Shown here in pieces: positions 9,398 through 19,319 of a stretch of DNA of 64,000 bases. Location: NCBI GenBank assembly GCA_044353165.1, contig JBILCM010000002.1, positions 31,477 through 95,476 on the forward strand, read 5' to 3'. Below the pieces are notes generated by a model. That model saw only the letters and a list, made by a program, of their open reading frames with translations. It was not told the DNA's origin and did no database searches. Position numbers and translations under genes: made by a program. The stretch's first letter is position 1. Every line of letters begins with the position of its first letter. Source of the DNA: Paenibacillus sp. Its GTDB lineage: Bacteria > Bacillota > Bacilli > Paenibacillales > YIM-B00363.

Positions 9398-10309
9398 TTA
9401 TGGATTGACTCGATCAATTTGAATTTTACGGGGGTTGGGTTCGATCCCCATGTCTATCGGCACTCCGTTGACAACGAGTTCTAGAGCGTTAGCTCGACCG
9501 ACATTCATAAACACATTATGATCATACGTTTGAAGTAAAGCATCATTCTGTACCAATCGACCTTGAAACAAAAAGTCATTTTTCTTATTCGCATCACTAA
9601 TTCCGACCCAAACTTCTTTACCCGTCACTTTCAAGTCAAGAACGACTTGGTCTGCATTGCGAACTTCATAACGTTCAATTTGTTGATTGCCCACCTTCAT
9701 CGTTTCAGCGAAAGTTACAGTCGCTGTCATCCCCGAAATCGGTGGTGTTGGGGGTTCTGGCGAAGGTGTCGTTTGATTAAGTTCCAGAATATTGGTGTTA
9801 CCGTTAGAATTTGAGGTGGCATCTAATCCTGTGTCTAATGATTTCTCAACGGATGGTTCCACAGTTATGCGTTGCTCTGTTAACGGTGGATTCTCAACAA
9901 TACGTTCGTCACTAAGAACTCCATTCGAACTCACATAATAATAGATAACACCAAAAATAAGCACCGGGAATGCAATCAATAACAGCAAGGAAGCCCACTT
10001 TCCAGCACGATCAGGCGAATTATAGTTTCTCTGGCGGCGCTTTGGGTTTAGTTCGGGTATAGGATCAAGATCAACCGTGGGTATCGAGTGCGCATACAAA
10101 CGAAAAACTTCATCTGGATCCAAACCGACGGCTTCAGCAAACTGCTTTATAAAAGCGCGAACATAAAAATTGCCAGGTAAAACTTCGTATTTTCCTTGTT
10201 CGATAGCATCTAAATATCTTTTGCGAATCTTTGTTAATTCCTGCAACTGGTCTAAAGTGATCTCTTTTTCTGTTCTTGCTTTTCGAAGCAAGTGCCCAAG
10301 GTCAGACAC
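9398..10309 (-). CDS. rodZ: cytoskeleton protein RodZ (HTH-XRE domain, TM helix, extracellular C-domain)
   Basis: MSDLGHLLRKARTEKEITLDQLQELTKIRKRYLDAIEQGKYEVLPGNFYVRAFIKQFAEAVGLD is the RodZ N-terminal HTH. A TM segment (WASLLLLIAFPVLIFGVIYYYV) follows. Confidence 0.9.
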   Translation of the reverse strand: MSDLGHLLRKARTEKEITLDQLQELTKIRKRYLDAIEQGKYEVLPGNFYVRAFIKQFAEAVGLDPDEVFRLYAHSIPTVDLDPIPELNPKRRQRNYNSPDRAGKWASLLLLIAFPVLIFGVIYYYVSSNGVLSDERIVENPPLTEQRITVEPSVEKSLDTGLDATSNSNGNTNILELNQTTPSPEPPTPPISGMTATVTFAETMKVGNQQIERYEVRNADQVVLDLKVTGKEVWVGISDANKKNDFLFQGRLVQNDALLQTYDHNVFMNVGRANALELVVNGVPIDMGIEPNPRKIQIDRVNP

Positions 10310-10330
10310 ACACTTCCCCCCCTCATTGAA

Positions 10331-11095
10331 TTAATAACCCCCGTATTCCCCTGTGAATGATTCATACGATATTTCTTCATCGGGCGAATTGCGCAATTCA
10401 ATAATGTAGTCGAAACTTTGATAATCAAAGCCCGATTCACGCACAAAAATATCTGGGTGCTCTATAACTTTCGTGGACGGCAGAGCCATAATTTCTTGTA
10501 TAAGTGAATAATGCTTTTCATTGGAACGAATTGTACTTACAATACCATCAATAATAAACACATTGTTCGGATTATATTCATCTTCAGATAATTGACTCCG
10601 AACCGTCTGTCTTAACAGTGTGGATGAAACGAACGTCCATCGTTTGTTTGCACATACACTCCCTGCAATGATGGATTCTGTCTTCCCTACACGAGGCATA
10701 CCACGAAGGCCAATGACTTGATTTCCTTCACGCTTAAATACTTCACCGAGAAAATCGACCAGCAACCCGAGTTCATCACGAGTAAACCGGAACGTTTTTC
10801 GATCATCCGAATCCCTTTCAATATAACGGCCATGACGAACAGCCAGAATGTCAACAAGCTTCGGGGCGCGAAGTGCGGTTACCGTTATGTTATCCACTTT
10901 CTTCAACATTTTACCGAGTAACTCAATTTTTTCGTCATCATCCGTTTGGATAAGCAATCCTCGAGCCTTATCTTCAACACCATTAATGGTGATGATATTT
11001 ATTTCCAACATACCCATTAAAGATGCAATATCTCCTAGCAGGCCCGGACGATTTTTGTGAATTTTATATTCCATATACCACTGTTTCAATTCCAA
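10331..11095 (-). CDS. ymfK: YmfK-like protein (ACT-like N-domain plus DUF3388)
   Basis: MELKQWYMEYKIHKNRPGLLGDIASLMGML...GMPRVGKTESI... aligns by eye with B. subtilis YmfK from its first residue. Start re-set to the TTG at 11095, with GGAGTG 6 nt upstream. Confidence 0.85.
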   Translation of the reverse strand: MELKQWYMEYKIHKNRPGLLGDIASLMGMLEINIITINGVEDKARGLLIQTDDDEKIELLGKMLKKVDNITVTALRAPKLVDILAVRHGRYIERDSDDRKTFRFTRDELGLLVDFLGEVFKREGNQVIGLRGMPRVGKTESIIAGSVCANKRWTFVSSTLLRQTVRSQLSEDEYNPNNVFIIDGIVSTIRSNEKHYSLIQEIMALPSTKVIEHPDIFVRESGFDYQSFDYIIELRNSPDEEISYESFTGEYGGY

Positions 11096-11185
11096 ACTCG
11101 CCACTCCGTCCAAACAAATAGGTGTATAAATCTTACAAAATATATTCTACACATTTCAGTGTATTCCTGCATTTTTTGCAAAAAT

Positions 11186-11245
11186 CCAAAGAAAAGCCCC
11201 AAAATTGCGCGATCCTGTAAGGATCAGATGCAATTCTGAGGCTTT
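11186..11245 (-). terminator. long composite hairpin terminator after ymfJ
   Basis: Nested pairing on the minus strand: aaagcc/ggcttt, gaattgc/gcaatt and gatcct/aggatc. It is followed by TTTTCTTTGGATTTTT. Confidence 0.6.
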
Positions 11246-11262
11246 GTTACCGACAAAGATAA

Positions 11263-11508
11263 TTAATCGACCAACTTTATCATGATTTTGGCCATAACCT
11301 GTTTCTCTTGCTCATCACAAACAGACCACAACTCTTTGAGTACACGTTCCTCATCATTCTTTGGATCTACCTTAAGTGCCAAGAAATTGCCGATTTCTGT
11401 TGCCAAACGTTGTATTGTCGCATCGTTTATCCCAGCGTTGCGCGCATTTTGCACACGCTCTCCCAAAAATTGTTTCCACTTATCATATGTGCTTAATACA
11501 GAAGCCAT
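11263..11508 (-). CDS. ymfJ: YmfJ-like small protein (DUF3243)
   Basis: 81 aa. Sits in the conserved position between ymfI and ymfK. Helical acidic protein. Confidence 0.8.
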   Translation of the reverse strand: MASVLSTYDKWKQFLGERVQNARNAGINDATIQRLATEIGNFLALKVDPKNDEERVLKELWSVCDEQEKQVMAKIMIKLVD

Positions 11509-11578
11509 CTCTTCTCGCCTCCAAGGGAATGATTGTCTTCTCCCTTAGAATGATCGAATGTCGGCAAAAATATGCATG

Positions 11579-12328
11579 TTACGTGATCCAACCCCCATTG
11601 GGCGAAATGATTTGGCCATTAATGTATCCTGACTCGGGCAAAGCCAAAAAATAAACCAATGACGCAATTTCACTCGGCTTTGCGAATCGTCCAGCAGGAA
11701 TTTCGTCTGCTAATGTCGATCTTTCCGAGAACGAAAAATGTTCCATCATCGCTGTATCTACAGGGCCAGGAGCTACGGCATTCACCGTAATTCCTGAAGG
11801 TGCGAGTTCCTTAGCCAGTGATTTTGTGAACGCGTTTACTCCTCCTTTGGTCGTCGAATACAAGACTTCGCATGAAGCGCCTGTAAGTCCCCAAATGGAA
11901 GAAATATTAATGATTCGGCCGTATTTTTGTTGAACCATGAAGGGCATGAACGTTTGAGTACAAAGGAACATGCCCTTAAGATTCAAATTCATCACATCAT
12001 CCCACTCCGACTCCGTGACATCTGATAGCAGACCGTAATGTGAAATACCGGCATTGTTCACGACAATGTCGGGGAACATACTGTGTTTGATCATCTTGTC
12101 TTGCATGCGAACAATTTGATCTTTCATTCGTAAGTCTGCGGATACCGTCAAAACCTCAGCCCCGTAAGATAGGCACACCCTAGCGGTTTCATTCGCTGCT
12201 TCATGCGATTCCAAATATTGAATCACAACTTTCATACCTACACTTGCAAATCGCTCTGCAATCGCTGAACCGATCCCACGACTTCCGCCCGTAACCAAAA
12301 CCGTTGTTTCATGCAATGATTTGTTCAT
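11579..12328 (-). CDS. ymfI: short-chain dehydrogenase/reductase, 3-oxoacyl-ACP reductase-like
   Basis: TGGSRGIG Rossmann motif, NNAG, and the S...YxxxK catalytic arrangement (YSTTKGG). Start set to the ATG at 12328; the GTG at 12343 is possible. Confidence 0.88.
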   Translation of the reverse strand: MNKSLHETTVLVTGGSRGIGSAIAERFASVGMKVVIQYLESHEAANETARVCLSYGAEVLTVSADLRMKDQIVRMQDKMIKHSMFPDIVVNNAGISHYGLLSDVTESEWDDVMNLNLKGMFLCTQTFMPFMVQQKYGRIINISSIWGLTGASCEVLYSTTKGGVNAFTKSLAKELAPSGITVNAVAPGPVDTAMMEHFSFSERSTLADEIPAGRFAKPSEIASLVYFLALPESGYINGQIISPNGGWIT

Positions 12329-12335
12329 AGCCGGC

Positions 12336-13616
12336 TCACTCACTTTTTATGATGCAAGTTGTCAGTTGTCCCCAGTCAAAATGTTCATGAAGACGTTCTT
12401 CTAGTTGTTCTAATCTCATCTCTTCGTAATAACGCACGACCTCAAAAAGATGGGTTCCTCGGAAATGGTGTTTTGTGAACTCACTGGCGATCGCCTCTGG
12501 TGAATTAAACATACGTATGAAGTTCCCCATTTTTTTACGACGCGCACGTTCAAATTCTGCAGCTGGAACGCCGGATTGTTTCCATTTTTCAATCCAATCG
12601 GTCACTTTTGTAATTAGCAGATCCGGATCTGTTGTATCTCCACCCATCACAGAGAAGGCATAATGTGTGCCAGAATTGTATTCCGCACCAAAATTATCCG
12701 TTATCAATTTTTCATCATATAGCAATTGATACAAACCAGAGCTTGGACTAAACAACAGATCGAATAGAAGCTTAGTCACGATTTCATTGCGCAACTGAGC
12801 ATCACCCTGTGTAACTGGCTGTCCTTCTTTCAATCCAAACAAACATTTGGTCATGGCTACTGGAAGGCGAATGACCTGTTGTTTGCGCTTAACCGATTCA
12901 GGTTCAGGTTCGAACTTTCTTTGAATTTGTCCAAGCGGTGCGAATGACTTGGAATCCTGATTCAAACGTATGATCTCGATCATCTCAGATGGTTCTACAT
13001 TCCCAACGATAAATAAACACATGTTTTGAGGGTGATAGAACGTATGGTAACAACGATATAACGTTTCTTTCGTAATTTCTGCGATCGATTCCAACGTGCC
13101 TGCGATATCAATATGCACGGGGTGCACATGATACATATTTTCAATAAGTCCAAAATATGCACGCCAGTCCGGATGGTCCTGATACATTTTGATTTCTTGA
13201 CCGATGATGCCCTTCTCTTTATGGACATTCTCATCAGTGAAATATGGATTTTGCACAAAGTTCAGCAATGTACTTACGTTCTTGGCAATGTGATCTGTTG
13301 CTGAAAATAAATACACTGTGCGTTCAAAACTTGTGTAAGCGTTCGCCGATGCGCCATTGGCAGCGAACGTTGCGAATACATCGCCTTCGGGTTCTTCGAA
13401 CATCTTGTGCTCAAGAAAATGGGCAATTCCGTCAGGAACTTCGACAAAGTTCTCATGTCCGACAGAAAAATGATTATCGATGGATCCATATTTTGTTGCG
13501 AAGGTAGCGTATGTCTTCTGAAAACCAGGTTTGGGAAGAATATAAACCGATAATCCATTGTTTAATACTTCAGAAAATACGATTTCCCCGACTTTCGGAT
13601 AATGGTTCTGTTGCAT
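12336..13616 (-). CDS. ymfH: M16 family zinc peptidase with the active-type HxxEH motif
   Basis: GIAHFLEHKMFE inverted zinc-binding motif. About 425 aa. Paired with ymfF. Confidence 0.88.
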   Translation of the reverse strand: MQQNHYPKVGEIVFSEVLNNGLSVYILPKPGFQKTYATFATKYGSIDNHFSVGHENFVEVPDGIAHFLEHKMFEEPEGDVFATFAANGASANAYTSFERTVYLFSATDHIAKNVSTLLNFVQNPYFTDENVHKEKGIIGQEIKMYQDHPDWRAYFGLIENMYHVHPVHIDIAGTLESIAEITKETLYRCYHTFYHPQNMCLFIVGNVEPSEMIEIIRLNQDSKSFAPLGQIQRKFEPEPESVKRKQQVIRLPVAMTKCLFGLKEGQPVTQGDAQLRNEIVTKLLFDLLFSPSSGLYQLLYDEKLITDNFGAEYNSGTHYAFSVMGGDTTDPDLLITKVTDWIEKWKQSGVPAAEFERARRKKMGNFIRMFNSPEAIASEFTKHHFRGTHLFEVVRYYEEMRLEQLEERLHEHFDWGQLTTCIIKSE

Positions 13617-13622
13617 GGAACG

Positions 13623-14909
13623 TTAGACCTCCTCCCGATTACGCAGAAAGTAAATCGTATCCAATTTGACGTCTTGTGCGACATGTACAATATCGCTAAT
13701 GGATACACGATCAATAGCATCAAGCAATTCAGTGACTGTACGTTCTTTGCCTGTTAACACGGAGTTAAAATCAAAACTGATCATTTCATATGCACCGTCA
13801 TTGATTTCGCGCAATTGATTACTGATCATGGCCTTCGTCTGTTTTATTTCCAATTCGGTGATGTCTCCTGATTTTATGGCCTCCATCTGTTTCAGGATAA
13901 TATCTTCCGCTTTATCAACATTCTCAACTTGAATGCCGGATTGCACAGTAAGAATGCCCTTGTGGCCATCTAAACGAGAAGAAGCATAGTAAGCTAAACT
14001 TTCTTTCTCACGCACATTCACGAATAGTTTTGAATGTGGAAAACCGCCGAATATACCATTGAATACAAGTGCGGCAGCATAATTCAGTGAAGAATATGAC
14101 GTAGGAATTCGAAATCCGATATTTAGCTTCCCTTGATTGATATCCATATGCTCCACAATGCGTTGGACAGGCCGGCTTGGAACAATCGCTTTTGCAAATT
14201 CATATTCCGTGATCCGACGGTCTGAATGTTCAACCTTAAAACTGTTCAATAGGCATCGCTTCACTTCGTCCATCGTTTGATTACCCACGACATAAATATC
14301 TATAGGCGCTTGATTGATCCAATGATTGTAGAACAAAGTCAATGTTTTCGGTGTTATTTGATTTAGATCTTCCCTTCTGCCAAGGGGATGCAATCGGTAT
14401 GGCTCATCCTTGCACATTTCCTCTATACAACGTTCAGCAGCGTATCGACCTTTGTCATTGATAAGTGCTTCGAGTTTTTTCTCTACGGTATGTTTTTCGG
14501 CTTCAATATACTTTTCAACAAAATTTCCTGCTTCCAGAGCGGGTCTAGTTATTGTTTCGCCTAAAAAACGGAATGCCTGTTGAAACAGCTTGGGAACATC
14601 CACTGCAAATCTGTCTTGAATGACATCCATGCGGATGTTTACAATCTGGTAGTCTCCACGTTTAAACACATCAAATCCAAAACCAGCCCCATAGAGCTCA
14701 TCTAGCGTTTGTCGAAAGTGGATCGTATCTGGATATGTAGCATTCCCTCTGCGAAGTACAAACGGTATTAATGCAACGGATGTGACGGAATGTTCCTGTA
14801 ACATTGAACCTACAAAAACACTGATGGCGGTTGTTTTGAACCGGTCTGTGGTGAGCACATGCAGACGCATGCCGTTCACCATGTCCTTTGCAAATTGTGC
14901 TCTGTGCAT
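13623..14909 (-). CDS. ymfF: M16 family peptidase-like protein lacking the HxxEH motif (probable non-catalytic partner)
   Basis: M16 fold-like length and layout. No HxxEH in the N-terminal region (ALIPFVLRRG stands in its place). Adjacent to ymfH, as in B. subtilis. Confidence 0.8.
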   Translation of the reverse strand: MHRAQFAKDMVNGMRLHVLTTDRFKTTAISVFVGSMLQEHSVTSVALIPFVLRRGNATYPDTIHFRQTLDELYGAGFGFDVFKRGDYQIVNIRMDVIQDRFAVDVPKLFQQAFRFLGETITRPALEAGNFVEKYIEAEKHTVEKKLEALINDKGRYAAERCIEEMCKDEPYRLHPLGRREDLNQITPKTLTLFYNHWINQAPIDIYVVGNQTMDEVKRCLLNSFKVEHSDRRITEYEFAKAIVPSRPVQRIVEHMDINQGKLNIGFRIPTSYSSLNYAAALVFNGIFGGFPHSKLFVNVREKESLAYYASSRLDGHKGILTVQSGIQVENVDKAEDIILKQMEAIKSGDITELEIKQTKAMISNQLREINDGAYEMISFDFNSVLTGKERTVTELLDAIDRVSISDIVHVAQDVKLDTIYFLRNREEV

Positions 14910-14967
14910 TTACAATCTCCCTTCACCTTAAGCTTCTTTCTTATTATAATCCATCATGGACAGAAAC

Positions 14968-15012
14968 GGAAAAGAAGTAGCCGACCTATGATAGGTTCGA
15001 GTACTTCTTTCC
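14968..15012 (-). terminator. intrinsic terminator after sleB
   Basis: ggaaaagaagta (14968-14979) pairs with tacttctttcc (15002-15012) with one bulge, and there is an inner stem. It is followed on the minus strand by a T-rich GTTTCTG. Confidence 0.7.
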
Positions 15013-15025
15013 ATGCGCGACATGA

Positions 15026-15787
15026 CTATCTGCAAAAAATGTGTTTCCCAATTCGCTTGACTTGGGGTCGTGTCCATATCCATTTGGATGTTGCTGTGAC
15101 GGGATTAAAATAGTATATGCAACCACCACTTGGGTCCCAGCCATTCAAGGCGTCTTGCACAGCCTTCATCGCGGATTTGTTGGGCGTGAGCCAAATTTGA
15201 CCATCGTCGACAGCAGTGAATGCGCCCGGTTGAAAAATAACACCTGATGGCGTATTTGGAAAGCTGGGATTGTCTACCCTGTTTAGAATGACAGCCGCGA
15301 CGGCGACTTGTCCGATGTATGGTTCACCACGAGCTTCACCATAGACTGCATTAGCCATCATTTTTAAATCTTGAGCAGAAAAACCTCGTGGAGGCGAGGA
15401 ACGAAGTGTAGTGCCACCGGTAGATGCTTTCGATGTCACACCACTCCCTGTTTCCATACCCGGCCGCCATCTCTTAGTGGCGTTATAAAGTTTTAATTTC
15501 GTCTTTGCTCCTACAATACCGTCTGCCTTCATGCCAAACCTGCGTTGAAACGTTCGAACGGATGCTAGTGTCGAGTAACCGAAATCTCCATCAACCGCAC
15601 CTTTATAATAACCTAGAAATTTTAGACGACCTTGCAACTCACGAACGTCTTTTCCAATGGATCCGTATTTTAGAATGGTTCTGCTGAATACTTCAACTGT
15701 TTCATCATTCATTATTTGGCTTGACTGAAACAAATACGAAAAACCAACACTCAAAATGACTAAACACAAAATAAGCCGGGTTTTCAT
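15026..15787 (-). CDS. sleB: spore cortex-lytic enzyme SleB family (signal peptide, PG_binding_1 domain, Hydrolase_2 domain)
   Basis: MKTRLILCLVILSV signal peptide. PG-binding repeat (GKDVRELQGRLKFLGYY...DGDFG). C-terminal SleB/CwlJ catalytic domain (AVYGEARGEPYIGQVAVAAVILNRV...FTAV). Start at the ATG at 15787; the TTG at 15799 is an alternative. Confidence 0.88.
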   Translation of the reverse strand: MKTRLILCLVILSVGFSYLFQSSQIMNDETVEVFSRTILKYGSIGKDVRELQGRLKFLGYYKGAVDGDFGYSTLASVRTFQRRFGMKADGIVGAKTKLKLYNATKRWRPGMETGSGVTSKASTGGTTLRSSPPRGFSAQDLKMMANAVYGEARGEPYIGQVAVAAVILNRVDNPSFPNTPSGVIFQPGAFTAVDDGQIWLTPNKSAMKAVQDALNGWDPSGGCIYYFNPVTATSKWIWTRPQVKRIGKHIFCR

Positions 15788-15829
15788 GAGTGATGCCAAC
15801 CTTTCTCTGCAAGTGATTCCTTCACTTGG

Positions 15830-15860
15830 TAGTATGAGAAAGGGGGGTTTTTTCTATTCA
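15830..15860 (-). promoter_or_regulatory. forespore sigma-G-type promoter of sleB (TGAATA-N18-CATACTA)
   Basis: Minus strand: GAATA at 15859-15855 and CATACTA at 15836-15830, spacer 18 nt. This matches the sigma-G consensus GHATR-N17/18-CATXHTA at every specified position. Confidence 0.6.
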
Positions 15861-15867
15861 GAACATG

Positions 15868-18213
15868 CTAAGAACTTAATCGGCCTTCACGGAACTGTTC
15901 TTGCGTGATCAATACCTCTCTTGGTTTACTTCCTTCATACGGACCCACGTATCCTTTTGCTTCCATTTGATCAACTAAGCGAGCCGCCCGTGAATAACCA
16001 ATGCGCATCCGCCGCTGAAGCAGCGACACCGATGCTTGTTTGGCTTCTATAACGATATTCACCGCTTGATCGAATAATTCATCCAGATCCTCTTGTTTTT
16101 CAGTTGGTGCTTCCGTGATTTCGGGTACCATTTCTTCGCGGTATTGCGCCTGTTCTTGGTCGCGACAGAAAGTTACGACGGCCTCAACCTCAGCGTCAGA
16201 CAGGAAAGCCCCCTGCACACGAACCGCTTTGGAAGCACCTACAGGCATAAACAGCATATCGCCGCGGCCCAACAGCTTCTCAGCGCCAGCCATATCGAGT
16301 ATCGTTCGAGAATCGACTTGTGAAGAAACACCGAATGCGATACGCGATGGAATGTTTGCTTTGATTACACCTGTAATTACGTCGACAGAGGGGCGTTGTG
16401 TGGCAATAATCAAGTGAATGCCTGCAGCTCGTGCCATCTGAGCCAAACGACATATGGCATCCTCCACATCGTGTGCGGCAACCATCATCAGATCAGCAAG
16501 CTCGTCCACAATAACAATAATATATGGCAGTGCAGACTCGCCTTTCTCCATTAATTGCAAATTAAAGCCTTCAATATTTCGAGTTCCTGATTTAGAAAAC
16601 AGTTCGTAACGTTTCTCCATCTCGATAACAACTTTCTTTAGTGCAAGCGATGCTCTCCGCGGATCTGTGACCACCGGAGCTAATAAATGAGGAATCCCAT
16701 TGTAAACGTTCAGTTCCACCATTTTTGGATCAATCATCAAAAACTTAACTTCATCCGGTTTTGCTTTATATAGAACGCTGGTAATGATGCCATTGATGCA
16801 AACAGATTTTCCCGAACCTGTTGCCCCGGCAACGAGTAAATGTGGCATTTTAGCCAAATTTGCCACAATTGGATGCCCCGAAATATCCCGCCCAAGTACA
16901 ATCGTCATCTTGGAAGCCGACTCATGAAACGCAGGGGACTCCATCACTTCACGAAGCGAAACGACAGACACTTCTGTATTCGGCACTTCAATACCGATCG
17001 CTGACTTTCCGGGAATAGGTGCCTCCATGCGGATGTCTTTGGCAGCCAATGCAAGCGCAATATCATCCGTCAAACTAACAATGCGGCTCACTTTTACACC
17101 TGTGTCGGGTTGTATTTCATAACGTGTCACTGCAGGCCCCTTAACAACTTGTAATACTTTCGCTCTAACACCAAAGCTCTCCAGTGTAGTTTCTAGTTTT
17201 TTCGCGTTGTCTCTAGCAATGGTGTCCGCAGATTCACCTAGCTTGCCACTGCTTGGCCTGGAAAGCAAATGAAACGGCGGCAAAATGTAAGGACCCCTTG
17301 AAGGATTAGCCGTTAGCTGTACCGCTACCTGTGCAGAAGCAGCTGGCACCAAAGCTTCGAGCGTCTTTACGGTTGGAGGTGTAGGTTGCTCACTCTCTCG
17401 AACTTGCTCCATAAAATCGAAGAAAAGCGGGGATTGAGTATCTTCTTGCTGTTCAAATTTTTGTGCTTTATGAACGATGGGAGGATTCAATTCAATCGAG
17501 GTATCATTCAAGTCTGCAATATTGTCATCCTTTTGTTTTCGGGACGGTTCAACTTCAGGAGTTATTGATTTGCGAAGAGCATTCTTTTCAATGATCCCCC
17601 GAATCGTGAAACCCAAACGCGTCAATACGATTTGCATCCATTTGCGCAGGGTACTTGCAATTTGCACATAAGACAAACCCGTGAACAATAGCAATCCGAT
17701 CGCAAACATGGCCAATTCCAGCAATTTAGCGCCATCGGTTCCAAATAACACAATCAGACTGGCCAATAAAATACCGCCAATCATACCGCCGCCAGCATGA
17801 ATTGTAAACACAAAACCATTAGGCGTGTAATGTTTCAACATCTCTGTCCAGCTTGTGGAAATCAGCTTGCTTGCTGATAATCCTTCCATCGAAACGTGTT
17901 TGGGAATCCATCCATGATGAACTGTCACTAGCAAGCCTATAAAAATTAATAAAACACCAGAATGTTTTACCGACCATGACGGCGTCCATAATCTTTTGAT
18001 CATAAGTTGATAAATGGCGAAAAAGATGATAGAAACCGAAAGAATAGGTTCAAGATCCCCCACAAGCATGCGAAAAAGAAAAGCCATCGCCTTCCCTACT
18101 GAACCTAATCTGGCGAGGGCGATGATTCCAATAATTAAAAGCAAAATCCCATACAGTTCAAATTTAAGATTTGTAGATAAAGGTTTCTTAAGTTTGGTTT
18201 TCGATTTTTCCAA
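15868..18213 (-). CDS. spoIIIE: DNA translocase SpoIIIE/FtsK
   Basis: N-terminal TM helices, linker, motor domain with Walker A (GATGSGKS), and a C-terminal gamma winged-helix ([21 protein letters not shown]). Confidence 0.95.
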   Translation of the reverse strand: MEKSKTKLKKPLSTNLKFELYGILLLIIGIIALARLGSVGKAMAFLFRMLVGDLEPILSVSIIFFAIYQLMIKRLWTPSWSVKHSGVLLIFIGLLVTVHHGWIPKHVSMEGLSASKLISTSWTEMLKHYTPNGFVFTIHAGGGMIGGILLASLIVLFGTDGAKLLELAMFAIGLLLFTGLSYVQIASTLRKWMQIVLTRLGFTIRGIIEKNALRKSITPEVEPSRKQKDDNIADLNDTSIELNPPIVHKAQKFEQQEDTQSPLFFDFMEQVRESEQPTPPTVKTLEALVPAASAQVAVQLTANPSRGPYILPPFHLLSRPSSGKLGESADTIARDNAKKLETTLESFGVRAKVLQVVKGPAVTRYEIQPDTGVKVSRIVSLTDDIALALAAKDIRMEAPIPGKSAIGIEVPNTEVSVVSLREVMESPAFHESASKMTIVLGRDISGHPIVANLAKMPHLLVAGATGSGKSVCINGIITSVLYKAKPDEVKFLMIDPKMVELNVYNGIPHLLAPVVTDPRRASLALKKVVIEMEKRYELFSKSGTRNIEGFNLQLMEKGESALPYIIVIVDELADLMMVAAHDVEDAICRLAQMARAAGIHLIIATQRPSVDVITGVIKANIPSRIAFGVSSQVDSRTILDMAGAEKLLGRGDMLFMPVGASKAVRVQGAFLSDAEVEAVVTFCRDQEQAQYREEMVPEITEAPTEKQEDLDELFDQAVNIVIEAKQASVSLLQRRMRIGYSRAARLVDQMEAKGYVGPYEGSKPREVLITQEQFREGRLSS

Positions 18214-18237
18214 AACGAAACACCCCCCAGAAGCACA

Positions 18238-18477
18238 TTATAACATGTTTTTCCTGAGGTTTCGATTGGTTTGCAATTGGATGAGATTCCCTGGTGCATA
18301 AACGGGATGCAGGTAATCCTCAGCATGAGGTGAAAGTATTCGTACCACTCGAGCTTCTATCGAAGAAAGCAACTCAACCTGCATTGTGATGCCGTCGATC
18401 GTGATTTCAGTCGGGGGCTTGATCTGATCCATGCCTTCAAACACTTGTTCCAACGGGATGGGTGTGTACATAATCAA
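18238..18477 (-). CDS. ylzJ: YlzJ-like protein
   Basis: 79 aa ([15 protein letters not shown]...). Overlaps the tepA stop by 4 nt, the conserved tepA-ylzJ pairing. Confidence 0.8.
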   Translation of the reverse strand: MIMYTPIPLEQVFEGMDQIKPPTEITIDGITMQVELLSSIEARVVRILSPHAEDYLHPVYAPGNLIQLQTNRNLRKNML

Positions 18478-19175
18478 TAGTCGTCACCACCCTTCTTCGC
18501 TTGGCGGCGTTCCTCGATTCTGCGCTGCAGTTCACGCATCGCCTCCCCAACGCCTCCAACCGCATCTATCAAGCCATATTTTACTGCCTCCAAACCAATC
18601 ACCGTTGTGCCAATGTCACGCGTAAGTTCTCCCGTTTTGAACATCAACTCTTTAAATTTTGCTTCTGTGATATGGGAGTGGGCAAGAACGAATCGTATAA
18701 CACGTTCTTGCATTTTATCTAAGTATTCGAACGTTTGAGGCACCCCAATGACTAAACCATTCAGTCGGATTGGGTGAATCGTCATCGTTGCAGTTGCCGC
18801 AATGTAGGAGAAATCAGAGCTAACCGCAATGGGAACGCCTATGGAATGGCCTCCACCTAAAACCAATGTGACCGTCGGCTTGGATAGTGTAGAAATCATT
18901 TCTGCGATGGCCAAACCAGCCTCAACATCTCCACCGACCGTATTTAGAATGATGAGAATGCCTTCAATCTTTGTATTTAATTCCGCTGCGACCAGTTGTG
19001 GAATCAAATGTTCATACTTCGTTGTTTTGTTTTGCGGCGGAAGCACAACATGGCCTTCTACTTGACCAATAATGGTCATGCAATACACATTCGATTGTTC
19101 CATCGTTGGCGGATTGGCATTTCCTAAGGATACGATCCCTTCGGTGATCACATTCTTGCGCTCTTCTGTTGACAT
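18474..19175 (-). CDS. tepA: ClpP-like protease TepA
   Basis: ClpP/crotonase-fold sequence ([19 protein letters not shown]...[14 protein letters not shown]). Syntenic with B. subtilis ymfB/tepA, between rnjB and spoIIIE. Confidence 0.88.
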   Translation of the reverse strand: MSTEERKNVITEGIVSLGNANPPTMEQSNVYCMTIIGQVEGHVVLPPQNKTTKYEHLIPQLVAAELNTKIEGILIILNTVGGDVEAGLAIAEMISTLSKPTVTLVLGGGHSIGVPIAVSSDFSYIAATATMTIHPIRLNGLVIGVPQTFEYLDKMQERVIRFVLAHSHITEAKFKELMFKTGELTRDIGTTVIGLEAVKYGLIDAVGGVGEAMRELQRRIEERRQAKKGGDDY

Positions 19176-19214
19176 TGATTTCTCCTCCGTTTAGAATGTC
19201 ACAGCAATCCGTCA

Positions 19215-19243
19215 TAGTATGGGAAGAATAAAGCAAAATATGC
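19215..19243 (-). promoter_or_regulatory. forespore sigma-G/F-type promoter of tepA-ylzJ (GCATA-N17-CATACTA)
   Basis: Minus strand: GCATA at 19243-19239 and CATACTA at 19221-19215, spacer 17 nt. It lies directly after the rnj terminator. Confidence 0.5.
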
Positions 19244-19281
19244 AAAAAAATGCCTCTGCATTGGAGTGCAAGGCAGAGGCA
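19244..19281 (-). terminator. intrinsic terminator after rnj
   Basis: tgcctctgc (19251-19259) pairs with gcagaggca (19273-19281). It is followed on the minus strand by TTTTTTT (19250-19244). Confidence 0.85.
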
Positions 19282-19319
19282 CCATTTGTGCTTGTGAGTG
19301 ACATGACGTAAATCCATCG

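Noticed and set aside
11114-11185. A candidate promoter for ymfK (TTGCAA-N17-TGAAAT or a TAGAAT -10).
   Set aside because: Both alternatives have poor hexamers or a poor -35, so I cannot choose between them. The region is left unannotated.
15800-15867. A possible terminator after spoIIIE/ftsK (agaaaa-aacccccc-ttttct).
   Set aside because: The stem is only A/U pairs around a C-rich loop, so it is not a credible intrinsic terminator. The same bases form the spacer of the sleB sigma-G-type promoter.
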